Below the pieces are notes generated by a model that searched no databases, was not told the DNA's origin, and worked only from the letters and a program-made list of their open reading frames with translations. A DNA stretch of 64,000 nucleotides from Picochlorum sp. SENEW3 (lineage: Eukaryota): positions 992,001 to 1,056,000 of the forward strand of contig CP120455.1 of assembly GCA_034226945.1 (NCBI GenBank), given 5' to 3'. This document shows positions 18,457 through 29,259 of the stretch, in pieces. Within the stretch, counting starts at the first letter, position 1. Each line of letters begins with the position of its first letter. Both the position numbers and the translations under genes were made by a program.

Positions 18457-20259
18457 CTATTGTTTCTGATTCTTTCCGTACTGTTTCTTCTCGCCTTGCT
18501 GCTCACCATCTCCTCTCTTCTCTCCATTCTTTCCGTACTGCTTTCTCTCTCCCTCACCCTCTCCATTCTTGTCACCTTGTCCCTTTTTCTCTCCATTCTT
18601 ATTGTGGAGAAGCTTGCGGCTTGAGCTTTCCTGTCCATTATTTTTTCCGTACTGTTTCTTCTCACCTTGCTGCTCACCATCTCCCTTCTTCTCTCCATTC
18701 TTTCCGTATTGTTTCTTCTCACCATCACCATCACCATTCTTCTCGCCTTGTCCCTTCTTCCCTCCATTCTTTCCGTACTGTTTCTTCTCACCTTGCTGCT
18801 CACCATCTCCCTTCTTCCCTCCATTCTTTCCGTATTGTTTCTTCTCACCATCACCATCACCATTCTTATTGTGGAGAAGCTTGCGGCTTGAGCTTTCTTG
18901 TCCATTATTTTTTCCATATTGCTTTTTTTCACCATGCTCTACACCATCTCCATTCTTCTCTCCATTCTTGCCATATTGTTTCTTCTCACCATCACCATCA
19001 CCATTTTTCTCGCCTTGTCCCTTCTTCCCTCCATTCTTTCCGTAGTGTTTCTTCTCACCATCACCATCACCATCACCATTCTTATTGTGGAGAAGCTTGC
19101 GGCTTGAGCTTTCTTGTCCATTATTTTTTCCGTACTGCTTTTTTTCACCATGCTCTACACCATCTCCATTCTTCTCTCCATTCTTGCCATATTGTTTCTT
19201 CTCACCATCACCATCACCATTCTTGTCGCCATCTCCCTTCTTCTCTCCATTCTTTTTTCCATATTGCTTCTTCTCACCCTCACCATTCTTGTCGCCTTGC
19301 CCCTTCTGTTGCTTCTCCTCTCCATTTTTGTTATGGAGAAGCTTACGGCTTGAGCTTTCCTCTCCATTCTTTTTTCCATATTGCTTTTTCTCACCATCAC
19401 CATTCTTGTCGCCATGCCCCTTCTGTTGCTTCTCCTCTCCATTTTTGTTATGGAGAAGCTTACGGCTTGAGCTTTCCTCTCCATTCTTTTTTCCATATTG
19501 CTTTTTGTCACCATCACCATTCTTGTCGCCATCTCCCTTCTTCTCTCCATTATTTTTTCCAGTTCTCTTCTTCTGGCCTTCTTGCTCACCATCCCCTCTC
19601 TTCTCCCCATTCTTCTTTCCCTTTTGCCTCTTCTTTTCCTCTCCATGCAACAGCTTGCGACTCGTCTCCATCGAATCGTCATCCAAGAGATCTGATGTCT
19701 CCTCACCGTCATCCTCCTCAAGCTCCATCACACCTTCCACACGGTCAATCTGTGGACCCTGTGCCATCCCGTTCATTGACATATTTTTTGATCCATTCGT
19801 AAGAATTCTTCTCGTAAGCTCTGTCCCATCTGGCAAGATTGCCATATCCTCCTCTGAACAAGGCACAGTGAAGGATGACTCCACAACATACTTGTTCTCC
19901 TCACTCCCATTCTGCTCACAAGCCTCCGTCACCACCACAGTCCTCATGACATCAGTAATATTCGCATTGCATACAGAAAGAATCTCTTGGTCCTCTTCTG
20001 TCTGCAACATGGAGTCAGAAAGGTACATCTGCGTTGCCTTCTTTGCCACAGAAAACGAGCCACGCATGCCAGACTGCGTCGTCACCGGACCAAACGATCC
20101 CATAGGACCATATGATACTTGAACACATGCGTCAGTACCTTCTGAGGCGTCATCAACCTGCCACCAGTCTGGTGAACCACCCATATTGCCAGACGCGTTG
20201 GCTGCACCCAACAGTAATGGGGTGGTCAGCATGAACAAGGATGCCTTCTTGATTGCCAT
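18457..20259 (-). CDS. Secreted repeat-rich precursor-like protein (600 aa from ATG 20259)
   Basis: Signal-peptide-like MAIKKASLFMLTTPLLLGAANA, Cys-containing acidic N-domain, then G/K/E/N repeats punctuated by RKLLH. Confidence 0.8.
   Translation of the reverse strand: MAIKKASLFMLTTPLLLGAANASGNMGGSPDWWQVDDASEGTDACVQVSYGPMGSFGPVTTQSGMRGSFSVAKKATQMYLSDSMLQTEEDQEILSVCNANITDVMRTVVVTEACEQNGSEENKYVVESSFTVPCSEEDMAILPDGTELTRRILTNGSKNMSMNGMAQGPQIDRVEGVMELEEDDGEETSDLLDDDSMETSRKLLHGEEKKRQKGKKNGEKRGDGEQEGQKKRTGKNNGEKKGDGDKNGDGDKKQYGKKNGEESSSRKLLHNKNGEEKQQKGHGDKNGDGEKKQYGKKNGEESSSRKLLHNKNGEEKQQKGQGDKNGEGEKKQYGKKNGEKKGDGDKNGDGDGEKKQYGKNGEKNGDGVEHGEKKQYGKNNGQESSSRKLLHNKNGDGDGDGEKKHYGKNGGKKGQGEKNGDGDGEKKQYGKNGEKNGDGVEHGEKKQYGKNNGQESSSRKLLHNKNGDGDGEKKQYGKNGGKKGDGEQQGEKKQYGKNGGKKGQGEKNGDGDGEKKQYGKNGEKKGDGEQQGEKKQYGKNNGQESSSRKLLHNKNGEKKGQGDKNGEGEGERKQYGKNGEKRGDGEQQGEKKQYGKNQKQ
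18460..19662. repeat. Imperfect coding tandem repeat array (~1.2 kb) built from shuffled short modules
   Basis: Recurrent CTCACCATCACCATC, GAAGCTT(G/A)CGGCTTGAGCTTTC and TTTCCGTA(C/T)TG(T/C)TT blocks. Confidence 0.95.
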
Positions 20260-20824
20260 GATGTATTTCTTCAACGAGCGTGTCTCCCTCAAAATATTTT
20301 GAATATAAAATTATAAATATGGAGTACTATGAAAGGCCTTCGTGTATATGAGATCTCAGAGAAACGCGTTTACAGCCCCGTGCCTCCATGCAGTTTGTCA
20401 GACGCACGAGGATCACGTGACCCAATGGAGCACCACGACTCGGTCAACGCGTCGTGGGAAGCCATATCGACCCGGTCCCCATGGCACTCTTTTTCAACAA
20501 TTGACACGTAAAATAGAATTCTTCGGTTATGATATACCAGTATAGTAATATTCACCCTCAAAATTTCATCGAATCCATGGTTGTACATCCAAGCCTTGTC
20601 TGTTGAACGGAGCCGTTCTTCAAACGATCGGTCCTTCGATCAACGCATAGAATCGACCGTTCGTGATGCACTCGTCTCCACCACATGGCGTCAACTCGGG
20701 CAAACTCCGTGGATTGAATCGATCGAGGGATTATAACCATCGGCAAACAACTAAAACCCTTGTAAAAATATCGGTGACCTGTCGGATTTGCAAAGCATCA
20801 CAACATTGCAGTCATTTTTTCGAC

Positions 20825-21778
20825 ATGCCACCGCATGTCAATAACCAAAGTCCCCGTGGAGGACAGGAGGGACGACGGAGTTTGACATCAGTATCTCTAT
20901 CTATAGGACGTATCATACCAAAAATATTCAGATCATCCGTCAGGCGATCCTTGTCCTCCACGGGGACACTCGTCTTTGGGGCAAGTGCCGTGGCTGCAGG
21001 TGGACTATCTCTGTTCCGAAACGACCTCTTTCCTGCATCTATAGAACAATCAACTCGAGTGAGGTCTTCTGGGGGAATGAACAGTAACAATTGTAATGAT
21101 AGACGTCATAACTCACCTGGAGATATGAGAGGAGGCAAGTCGAATCAACTCATGACTGTGAGTCAGGGCTTGTTGGGGCTCAACATTCTCATGTATGGGC
21201 TTCAGGTTGCGACGCAAGATGCCATTACGGCATGGGGAGCAAAGGTGAACCAACTCATAGTTGCAGGGCAGTACTGGAGGTTGATAACGCCGGCATTCTT
21301 TCACGGAAACCTGATGCATTTGGCTGTAAACTGTTATTCCTTGTATAATATAGCACCCGCTCTGGAGCGGCTGTGTGGTAGCAAGAGGCTTGTTGTGACA
21401 TACATGGTGGCTGCTGTGGCTGGAAATATAGCGAGTTTTTATGGGAGTGCAGCGCCCTCCCTCGGAGCTTCTGGTGCTGTGTTTGGGTTGGGAGGTGCCC
21501 TGGCCATGTACTTTTATCAAAATAAATCCCTGTATGGAAAGAGATCTGATTACGTCTTGAAGCAGTTATGGCAGACATTGCTGATTAATATGGCATATGG
21601 ATTCGCAAATCCTAGAATAGATAATTGGGGGCATGCTGGAGGATTGGTGGGTGGTGCTGTGGTGGCCTACATGCTTGGACCAACATTAAAGCTGATTGAG
21701 ACCAAGAGTGGGAAACGGTACCTCACTGATTGTCCTCCAATTCCACTACTGGCGAATCCGCCCGTGCGGATTTCATAA
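20825..21778 (+). CDS. Rhomboid-like intramembrane serine protease (RBL10-like, probable plastid leader)
   Basis: GQYWRLITPAFFHGNLMHLAVN.YSL, SLGASGAVFG (catalytic S), IDNWGHAGGLVGG (catalytic H). Confidence 0.9.
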   Translation: MPPHVNNQSPRGGQEGRRSLTSVSLSIGRIIPKIFRSSVRRSLSSTGTLVFGASAVAAGGLSLFRNDLFPASIEQSTRVRSSGGMNSNNCNDRRHNSPGDMRGGKSNQLMTVSQGLLGLNILMYGLQVATQDAITAWGAKVNQLIVAGQYWRLITPAFFHGNLMHLAVNCYSLYNIAPALERLCGSKRLVVTYMVAAVAGNIASFYGSAAPSLGASGAVFGLGGALAMYFYQNKSLYGKRSDYVLKQLWQTLLINMAYGFANPRIDNWGHAGGLVGGAVVAYMLGPTLKLIETKSGKRYLTDCPPIPLLANPPVRIS

Positions 21779-21840
21779 TAATAAAAGTGTATAGACTGGT
21801 GTAATATCTCGAAACGGGTCATCGGGTAAAAGAGAATAGT

Positions 21841-23623
21841 ATGGGTGTGGAGACGACGTGGACCAAGCTTGGCAACCATGCCAGCGAGATTGCTTCAAAA
21901 ACGCATCTGAAAACCCTTTTAAAGGATGAAGAGAGAACAAAGAGTCTAACATATGCCCACAATGGGGTGTATATTGATTTCTCTAGGCAAAATGCGACTG
22001 TGGAAACGCAATCGGTAGGTTTTCAAAGACTTTATACAATGCTGTGGTTTGGTGCGAGGATTGCGATGGGAATGTGCTTGTAATATGTAGATGTTGATGG
22101 ATCTGGCGAGGGAATGCAAGGTGGAGGAGAAGATTGCACGCATGTTTCAGGGAGATCATTTGAACGAGACTGAGGACAGAGCGGTTTTGCACGTTGCTTT
22201 ACGGGCTCCTCGAGATGCGTCGATGTTTGATAAAGGAAATAATGTTGTACCGGGTGTATGGGAGGTTTTGGACAAGATCAAAGAGTTTTCTGCTCGTGTG
22301 AGGGAAGGACAGGTGACAGGGGTGACTGGGAAACCTCTGACTCAATTTGTTGCAATTGGGATTGGTGGGTCGTATCTCGGTCCTGCGTTTATTCACAATG
22401 CGTTGGAGAATGATCCAGAAGCTCTGAAGAATGCTGATGGGAGGACACTGACGTTTTTGGCCAATGTGGATCCTGTAGATTGTGTGAATGCATTAAAGCA
22501 CTTGGATCCTGAGAGGACTCTTGCTATTATTGTTAGCAAAACATTTACGACGGCAGAGACAATGCGTAATGCGAGAACTGTAAGGGCCTGGCTAATAAAG
22601 AATCTTGGGGATGAGTCGATTGCGAAACATATGGTTGCTGTGTCAACAAATCTCAAAGGTGTTGAGGAGTTTGGGATTAATCCTGAGAATACATTTGGAT
22701 TTTGGGACTGGGTAGGTGGGAGATTCTCTGCATCCTCCGCTGTTGGAGCATTGCCGTTGTCATTGCAATATGGTTTTGATATTTTTGACAAATTCTTGCA
22801 AGGTATGAGGGATATTGATGAACATGTGTCATCCTCTCCCTTGGAGCAGAATATTCCAGTGCTGATGGGCCTTTACAATGTGTGGAATACTACATTCTTG
22901 GGGCATTCAACCTGTGCTATTTTACCGTATGCGCAAGCTTTGTCACAGTTTCCTGCCCATGTTCAGCAGTTATCGATGGAGAGTAATGGAAAGGGTGTTG
23001 CCATGGATGGGTCTCCTCTCCCATACCAGGTTGGTGAGATTGATTTTGGAGAGGCTGGAACAAACGGGCAGCATTCATTCTATCAGCTTGTGCACCAGGG
23101 TCGAGTGGTGCCTGCAGAATTTATTGGAGTTTTGAAGAGTCAGCAGGATGTGTTTCTGAGCGAGGAGCAATCCTCCAGCCACGAAGAGTTGCTCTGCAAC
23201 TTTTTTGCCCAGCCAGATGCCCTAGCAACCGGAAAAAGCGCCGAAGAGCTGCGTGACGAGGGGGTTCCTGAGGCATTGATTCCTCATAAGACTTTTACAG
23301 GTAACAGACCATCAATGTCTCTGGTTCTACCTGCGCTTGATGCCTTCCGGATTGGACAACTGTTATCGCTCTATGAGCACAGGATTGCTGTCAGCGGCTT
23401 TATCTGGAACATCAACTCGTTCGATCAATGGGGCGTTGAGCTTGGAAAAGTGCTGGCTGGAAAAGTCAGAAAAGAGCTTGTACGTGCTCGAGGAGAGGGA
23501 ACGGGTGCTTCTGACGGATTCAATCACAGCACCCGTGCCATGCTCAACATGTATTTGGAACATGCAGGTGGTGTAACTCCAAAGGAGGGTGACGATATCT
23601 TCCCGACGCAATTGCTCCGATAA
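21841..23623 (+). CDS. GPI: Cytosolic glucose-6-phosphate isomerase; exons 21841-22014 and 22091-23623
   Basis: [76 protein letters not shown]. Confidence 0.97.
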
Positions 23624-23679
23624 ATTAATACATAAACTGTAATCAAGAAAAAAAACACATGCCAATTCTTTCAACCTCA

Positions 23680-25125
23680 TTAGGTATGATCGTGGAGGTG
23701 TGATTCGCTTCTTAGAAGGTCGCTCCGACAAATCTCCCTGCTATCTCCCTTTTCAAAGTTATGAGCCTTTTCGGATTCAATCCGCTGCAGTTGTCTCATG
23801 TTCCCTGCCAAACCCCAACCATCTTTACGGGTTTTATACAAACGCAGGGCGAGTACAACAAAGAGGCCTAACACAACACCAGCAGCAATTAATACCCATA
23901 GTCCATACACTTGCATGAATGTGATTTGTCCAATTTCATCCGAATTAATGCCTTGTTTCAGGCAAGGACTATCATCAAGGAGATACGTACTGCCAATTTC
24001 AGCTATTGTTCCATCTTCAAGAAGTCGTATGATGGAAAGTGAAAAAGCATCTACTATGTCTCCGTCAGTCCGAGGATTAAATGCCAGGCCATAATCATAC
24101 GGCTCGATGGATTGTGATAACAATGTTAGAGCACAATCTGGCCAGGTTGCAACCAAATACTGCGCAACTTCGGCATCAATAAGAAAGCCAGCTAAAACAC
24201 CCTGGGCAACCAGAGCAGCTTCATCCTTAATATCCTCTCCAGATGCTATCACGGCCTCTACAGTTTTTAGTCCATACCGGGAGAGAATCCTATCCTGATA
24301 CACCTCAACTGTCGAGACTGCCAGACCCTGTAGGTCATAAATGGAATTCACATTGCTAAAGCTTTTGAGCGTCAGGAATGCGGCTAAATTAGCTGTATAC
24401 GATGCACTTAAAATCAATGCCACAAATGACAGCACAATCACTACGATACGAGCACCCATCATGGATACCCCCATTGTTTCCCCTTGGATCATGACCCACA
24501 ATGTTCTCCACGTGGCCTCGGCATATCCTTTCATTGAATCTCTAAATGATACGCGCCGCTTAATACTAAGCACTTCCAAATAATAGACTATAATGGGAAG
24601 AATAATCACTGTCAGTCCGATCGCAAGCCATAGCTTCCACGTGAATGGCTTGGTCCAAGCCCAACCATCTGTCGACTTTGGCGACGACTTTGTAATTATT
24701 CCAATCGAACCAGACCAGTACGGATATGCCCACACAACCCCAGCTGCCGTTCTCTCTGATGAAATAGTTGTAGAAGCAATGAATGCATCGCACACACCAT
24801 CAGCTGGCAATATCTTTTCTTCAAGTGTTGTCGGCGTATCTGTATCAACACATACAAACTTGTAGTCCACCCCCTCAACCCAGCCCAGACCTTCTTTCGC
24901 AGCCTCTCGGAATGTGGCAATACTTAATCCAGAGAAAGAACTGGAGGCATTCGAGTTCAGGCTACATTGTGCCATGGGCTCCAAGGGAATCGTGCACACT
25001 ATAAAAGCGGTGGACGATGTCACATTCCCAGCCGCTGCTGTTAGGTTACCATTGGCTGTGGTTTCTTGTCCCCAAACAGCGACTCCTAAAGCTATTGTCA
25101 CTATGGAAAGATGTATCAATTTCAT
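23680..25125 (-). CDS. GLR: Glutamate-receptor-like ion channel lacking the amino-terminal domain (481 aa)
   Basis: Signal peptide, S1 (TISSER), KPFTWKLW + M1, pore loop LWVMIQG, SASYTANLAAFLT, S2 (YGLAF), M4 (VYGLWVL). Confidence 0.9.
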   Translation of the reverse strand: MKLIHLSIVTIALGVAVWGQETTANGNLTAAAGNVTSSTAFIVCTIPLEPMAQCSLNSNASSSFSGLSIATFREAAKEGLGWVEGVDYKFVCVDTDTPTTLEEKILPADGVCDAFIASTTISSERTAAGVVWAYPYWSGSIGIITKSSPKSTDGWAWTKPFTWKLWLAIGLTVIILPIIVYYLEVLSIKRRVSFRDSMKGYAEATWRTLWVMIQGETMGVSMMGARIVVIVLSFVALILSASYTANLAAFLTLKSFSNVNSIYDLQGLAVSTVEVYQDRILSRYGLKTVEAVIASGEDIKDEAALVAQGVLAGFLIDAEVAQYLVATWPDCALTLLSQSIEPYDYGLAFNPRTDGDIVDAFSLSIIRLLEDGTIAEIGSTYLLDDSPCLKQGINSDEIGQITFMQVYGLWVLIAAGVVLGLFVVLALRLYKTRKDGWGLAGNMRQLQRIESEKAHNFEKGDSREICRSDLLRSESHLHDHT

Positions 25126-25412
25126 TGTATGCTGACCTTTCTATCGCAGAACAGAAAGGAGTGAACGTTTACGTCTACTACTGGCCGCGGTTGAGCAGCG
25201 TGAACGGTCGATATACTACTGCTCTTTTCAGCACTGAAAACATGTGCAAACTAGGCCAAAAATACAAAAGATGACCAGTGCTTTTTTTTCTAAGAGCGAC
25301 CTTGCCAGGCTCGGGTGTGAACTTGAAAGGATGACTAACCTGACGATATCGACAATGTCGGATGCATCCGGTTGACCGGTCAAAAAATGTGGTTATTGGT
25401 ATATACCTCATA

Positions 25413-25785
25413 TATGAGGAACATTGATGATGAACATGTGTCATCCTCTCCCTTGGACCAGAATATTCCAGTGTTGATGCCTTTATACTGTGTTGAATAC
25501 TACATTCTTGGGGCATTCAAATTGTGCTATTTTTTTTACTGTATGCGCAAGCTTTGTCACAGCTTCCTGTTCAGCAGTTATTGATGGAGAGTAGTGGAAA
25601 GGGTGTTGCCATGGATGGGTCTCCTCTCCCATACCAGGTTGGCGAGATTGATTTTGGAGAGGCTGGAATTGTATGCCTCTAACGGATTCAATCACAGCAC
25701 CATGGTCAACATGTATGTGGAACATGCAGGTGGTGTGACTCCCAAGGATGATGATGGTATCTTCACCACGCAATTGCTCCGGTAA
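25413..25785 (+). pseudogene. Decayed partial duplicate of the GPI 3' region
   Basis: Aligns by eye to 22804-23060 and ~23505-23623 with frameshifting indels and a ~440-bp internal deletion. Confidence 0.92.
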
Positions 25786-25825
25786 ATAGATAGAATATAT
25801 GTACTCGAATTTTCTTGCATACAAT

Positions 25826-26692
25826 TTATGCGTGCATGAGATTGAATAACAAGAGTGCCATCGACAGAAGCATCATTCTAGGTGATGTAGCTGCTGAAGC
25901 AGTCTCAGGTGGTCCTCTGTGCATCACAGACTCCTGATCGGTCTTCATGTGAGCAAACTCGAGAATATCTGCCCATTGAATGGCGACAAAAAGAGAGGCA
26001 CTCGGAGTCAGTACCGGGACTTGAGCCACTTTGCCAGGATCTGCCAGATCCACACATAGGTCCACAATAAGATATGCATCTTCTCCTTCCGGCCCTAATG
26101 CAAAGCTTGGTGGCATCCACGTTCCTCCTGACGTCTCCTCAGCCAATAATATACGATTCACACATGGTAACGAGGTGGGCTGCGGGGATACTAGAGAGGA
26201 TACGGTGCTTTTTGTGCTGTTGACCACCTGATAAAAGGCTCCTCCAGATCCATCCACCGGGACAATGCCAGAAAGAAATGATTGCCCACCATATGCAGAC
26301 GCAAAATCGGTTGCTCTCCCACTCGTGTTTACTCCGACTTCTGCACTCCTCCAATTAGGACTAAACGTGAGGGGCTCGTGTATATTCTGGGCTGCCTGCG
26401 CTGGGCTCTGCTGCATGTCAGACTGTGCAAGTGCAGCATTGATTGCATTGGTAAGGGATTGATGCGCCTTATAGAATCCCTGAAGATCCGTATTAGGATC
26501 TGGAATTTGAAATTGACCATTGGCATTCCTCAGGGAAGGAATCAAGTCCATCAACCCTTCAGGAGAGCAGAAAGAGCTCCCTGCCTCTGGGTCAGTGTCC
26601 TGCTGCAATGGCTTGCGGGAGAGGCAAGATGGCACTGACAACACCAGAGCCAAAACAACAATCCACATCAATCGTACACTATACATAACCAT
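25826..26692 (-). CDS. Hypothetical secreted, possibly GPI-anchored protein (288 aa)
   Basis: N-terminal signal peptide; small-residue stretch (TASAATS) followed by hydrophobic C-terminus MMLLSMALLLFNLMHA. Confidence 0.75.
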   Translation of the reverse strand: MVMYSVRLMWIVVLALVLSVPSCLSRKPLQQDTDPEAGSSFCSPEGLMDLIPSLRNANGQFQIPDPNTDLQGFYKAHQSLTNAINAALAQSDMQQSPAQAAQNIHEPLTFSPNWRSAEVGVNTSGRATDFASAYGGQSFLSGIVPVDGSGGAFYQVVNSTKSTVSSLVSPQPTSLPCVNRILLAEETSGGTWMPPSFALGPEGEDAYLIVDLCVDLADPGKVAQVPVLTPSASLFVAIQWADILEFAHMKTDQESVMHRGPPETASAATSPRMMLLSMALLLFNLMHA

Positions 26693-27075
26693 GTAGTCCT
26701 TCTCTGAAAAAAGATGGAATTCTCCAAGGGTTTCGGAACAATCTCGTACTCTGTGTCACCTCAGTGTTAAATACCTGCAGGTGTTTTTCGATTTTGAGCT
26801 CTTGATCAATCTGATAGCATACCAAAGCAACAGAAGTAACTCAAACTTCTGATGAACTCTGCGATTGGAAACATGTGTGCATAAACCGAGTGGATTTTTC
26901 TGACTGCAAGTCGGTTTCCCGCGGCACTTGCCGGTTTGCAATTGCATCGATGACCTCCGAGGGAGATGGATCCACGTCGACGTGAACCTGCGCCTCGTCA
27001 GCATGCAGACCCAAAAGAAATAATCTTTTCCATGTATAATTTCGGCTATAGAATATTACGAAACAAATAAAGACA

Positions 27076-27671
27076 ATGGGTGAGAATACAGAATATCTTC
27101 CTGTAGCAAATAGTCCGCGAACACCCCTGACACCGCGGTCTCTGAGGAGTAGATACTCACTCTGGTTGTCCATAGGAGCCTTTATCTTGGCAACCTGTGC
27201 ATTAATAGGAACAATATGTCGTATGCATATGGATATCAAGAAACCCAAGGCCATCGAGGACCCATTCTACAAGAGTGATGTTAGATCGTTTTTAACGGTT
27301 GGTAGAGGACGACCCAGGTATGTGCCTCCATTAGACTCTATATACGGATTTTATTCTATAGAATATCAAGCCAAATACCATCAACGTATGTTACTCGGAG
27401 TGAGACTGACTGACAACCTGGGTGCACGCGCGTTTGCAGACCGTTGCTTATTGCGGAGGAGGACTTGTCAGTGGAGGATTTGGCAGTTATTTACGGAGAT
27501 CGCTTGGAAGATAGACAGGATTTATTGACGCGGTTGCAAAATACCGCGTCTCGTCGATTCGAAGGGTTTATGGAGAGTTGGTCAAAGCATCATGGCAAGG
27601 ATACACAGCATGGTGCTGCAGAGAAGGAGAAGAAGAAGAAGAAGAAGCACGATGATATCCAGCATTCGTAA
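27076..27671 (+). CDS. Hypothetical single-TM protein; exons 27076-27317 and 27440-27671
   Basis: A GTATGT...TTTGCAG intron joins two ORFs in frame; TM LWLSIGAFILATCALIGTIC; Lys-rich tail. Confidence 0.6.
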
Positions 27672-27724
27672 CATGCCATGATGTATCAGAAAAATGAATG
27701 TAACAGTATTGTCTAGGACGAGCG

Positions 27725-29096
27725 TCATGATTCCAATTCTGCCGCGTATCTCTCTAACCGAGCTTGCTGCTCCTCTTCTGTTTCCTCAAGAGCATGCTGT
27801 TTGACCAAAAAGTCTGTGATACCATCCCACGCCTCTGCGGTGATCTGTCTCCCTCCAAACCATCTTCCATGCATTGTTTTGATACATGACTTGCAATCAT
27901 CGGGATTCTTATATTTCACGACAATAACTCCCTCTGGGTTTGTATGAAACACGCGCACTTTATCAACAGGACCAATTCTGTTGCACTCATCCCTCACATC
28001 CTCTTGCAATTCATGCTTCAAATCCACATTCTCAGCCATCTCTTCCAATGTGAACATGTATTTCAGAACCACAGTCACCAACTCTGGCTTTATTTTATCA
28101 TCAAAGCCTTTCCAACCAAGCGCCTTTCTCTCCTGCATCTCTGCAATCTGCTTCTTCCTCTTCTTGGACACTGCATCCTTCTTCACAAAAGTATTTCCCT
28201 TTTGCTCAAACTTGGCCTCGCTAATACTCATGGTTGTATCCAAACCATATCGCAATGGTGTACCATCCAATATATCAATGGCCAACTGGACACTAGGAGC
28301 CTTGAGATATGTCACCAACCCATCCCCTTTGAGCACATCATTGTGCTCTTTGTCTCTATACAGTTTTATCCGAGGCCCATTCGTCTCGGGATCTATTTTA
28401 ATCACTCCACATTTGCTAAACACCTGTTCCATCTCCTGAACAGTAACATCCTGAGGAAGCCCTTGAACATACACGCTTGTATTCTTCTTGGCATCAAACC
28501 ATTGTTCATTCCTGGCCCTTGCCTGCTTCCCCTTCTCCGATCGCTCTTGCGCTGCGAGCAACGCAGCTTTCCGCCGTATCACATCTTCATTACCGTCATC
28601 TGATGGACCCGCCCCTCCATCAGGATACACCATATCATTCACAGAATACCCCGTGTTCTTGTCCGTCTCCTCCTGCTGCATATCAGAAGGGATGTATTTC
28701 CCCGCAGCAGCATCCCACTCATATCGAGTTCCATCGTCATCTACAAACGCTTCATGCTCGTCTACTTCGTTTCCGGTCGTCCCAGCATGTACATGGGCAC
28801 CAGTGCCTATAATCTCGGGAACAGCAGAGACTGGCTTCCACTCCTGCCCAAACTCCCGTCTCCATACGAGGGCACGAACATTCCCAGATGGGCCTAACAG
28901 AATTTCTATAATCACATATGGTATTAGTAATAGTATCAGATCAATCGCAATGAAAGAACTCGTGTGGCATTACAATTGTTGAATACAAGTCTTTCTTGGC
29001 AACGACACACATACCTCGAATAGATGCAGCAGTCACAGGCCCCTGAAGCATATTATCTTTATCTACGTAATACCAACAACGCGCTTCTTCCTGCAT
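27725..29096 (-). CDS. HTATSF1: Tat-SF1/CUS2-like splicing factor (GYF_2 + RRM + UHM); exons ~29096-29015 and 28893-27725
   Basis: WYYVDKDNMLQGP (GYF_2-like), NTSVYVQGLP.DVT, PRIKLY, KGDGLVTYLK.PSV.LAI, VVLKYMF, MHGRWFGGRQI. Confidence 0.9.
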
Positions 29097-29259
29097 TGTT
29101 CAGTGCTTCCTACAGGACCAACATGTCACATGTGAACGCCTGTCTCAGAAAGCTGATACACTGTTCATTTGAGATGCGCACCCAACAATTCTTCTACTAC
29201 TTTTGATCAATGATGACAATACTTATGGAATGGATTCATTCAATCGCGCACATCTATGC

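Noticed and set aside
18460..19662. Repeat array as a possible CRISPR-like or satellite locus
   Set aside because: Modules preserve the reading frame, have no unique spacers, and lie inside one CDS
18405..20122. Long plus-strand His/Ser-rich and Phe/Pro-rich ORFs (465 aa, 345 aa)
   Set aside because: Antisense shadows of the repeat array; the minus-strand frame has the signal peptide and a coherent N-domain
20751..20760. CTAAAACCCT as a telomerase RNA template or interstitial telomere
   Set aside because: A single 10-mer in the rhomboid upstream region; no tandem repeats or recognisable snRNA-type promoter/terminator
25372..25785. Short plus-strand ORFs of 70 and 63 aa
   Set aside because: Frameshifted fragments of the GPI pseudogene copy
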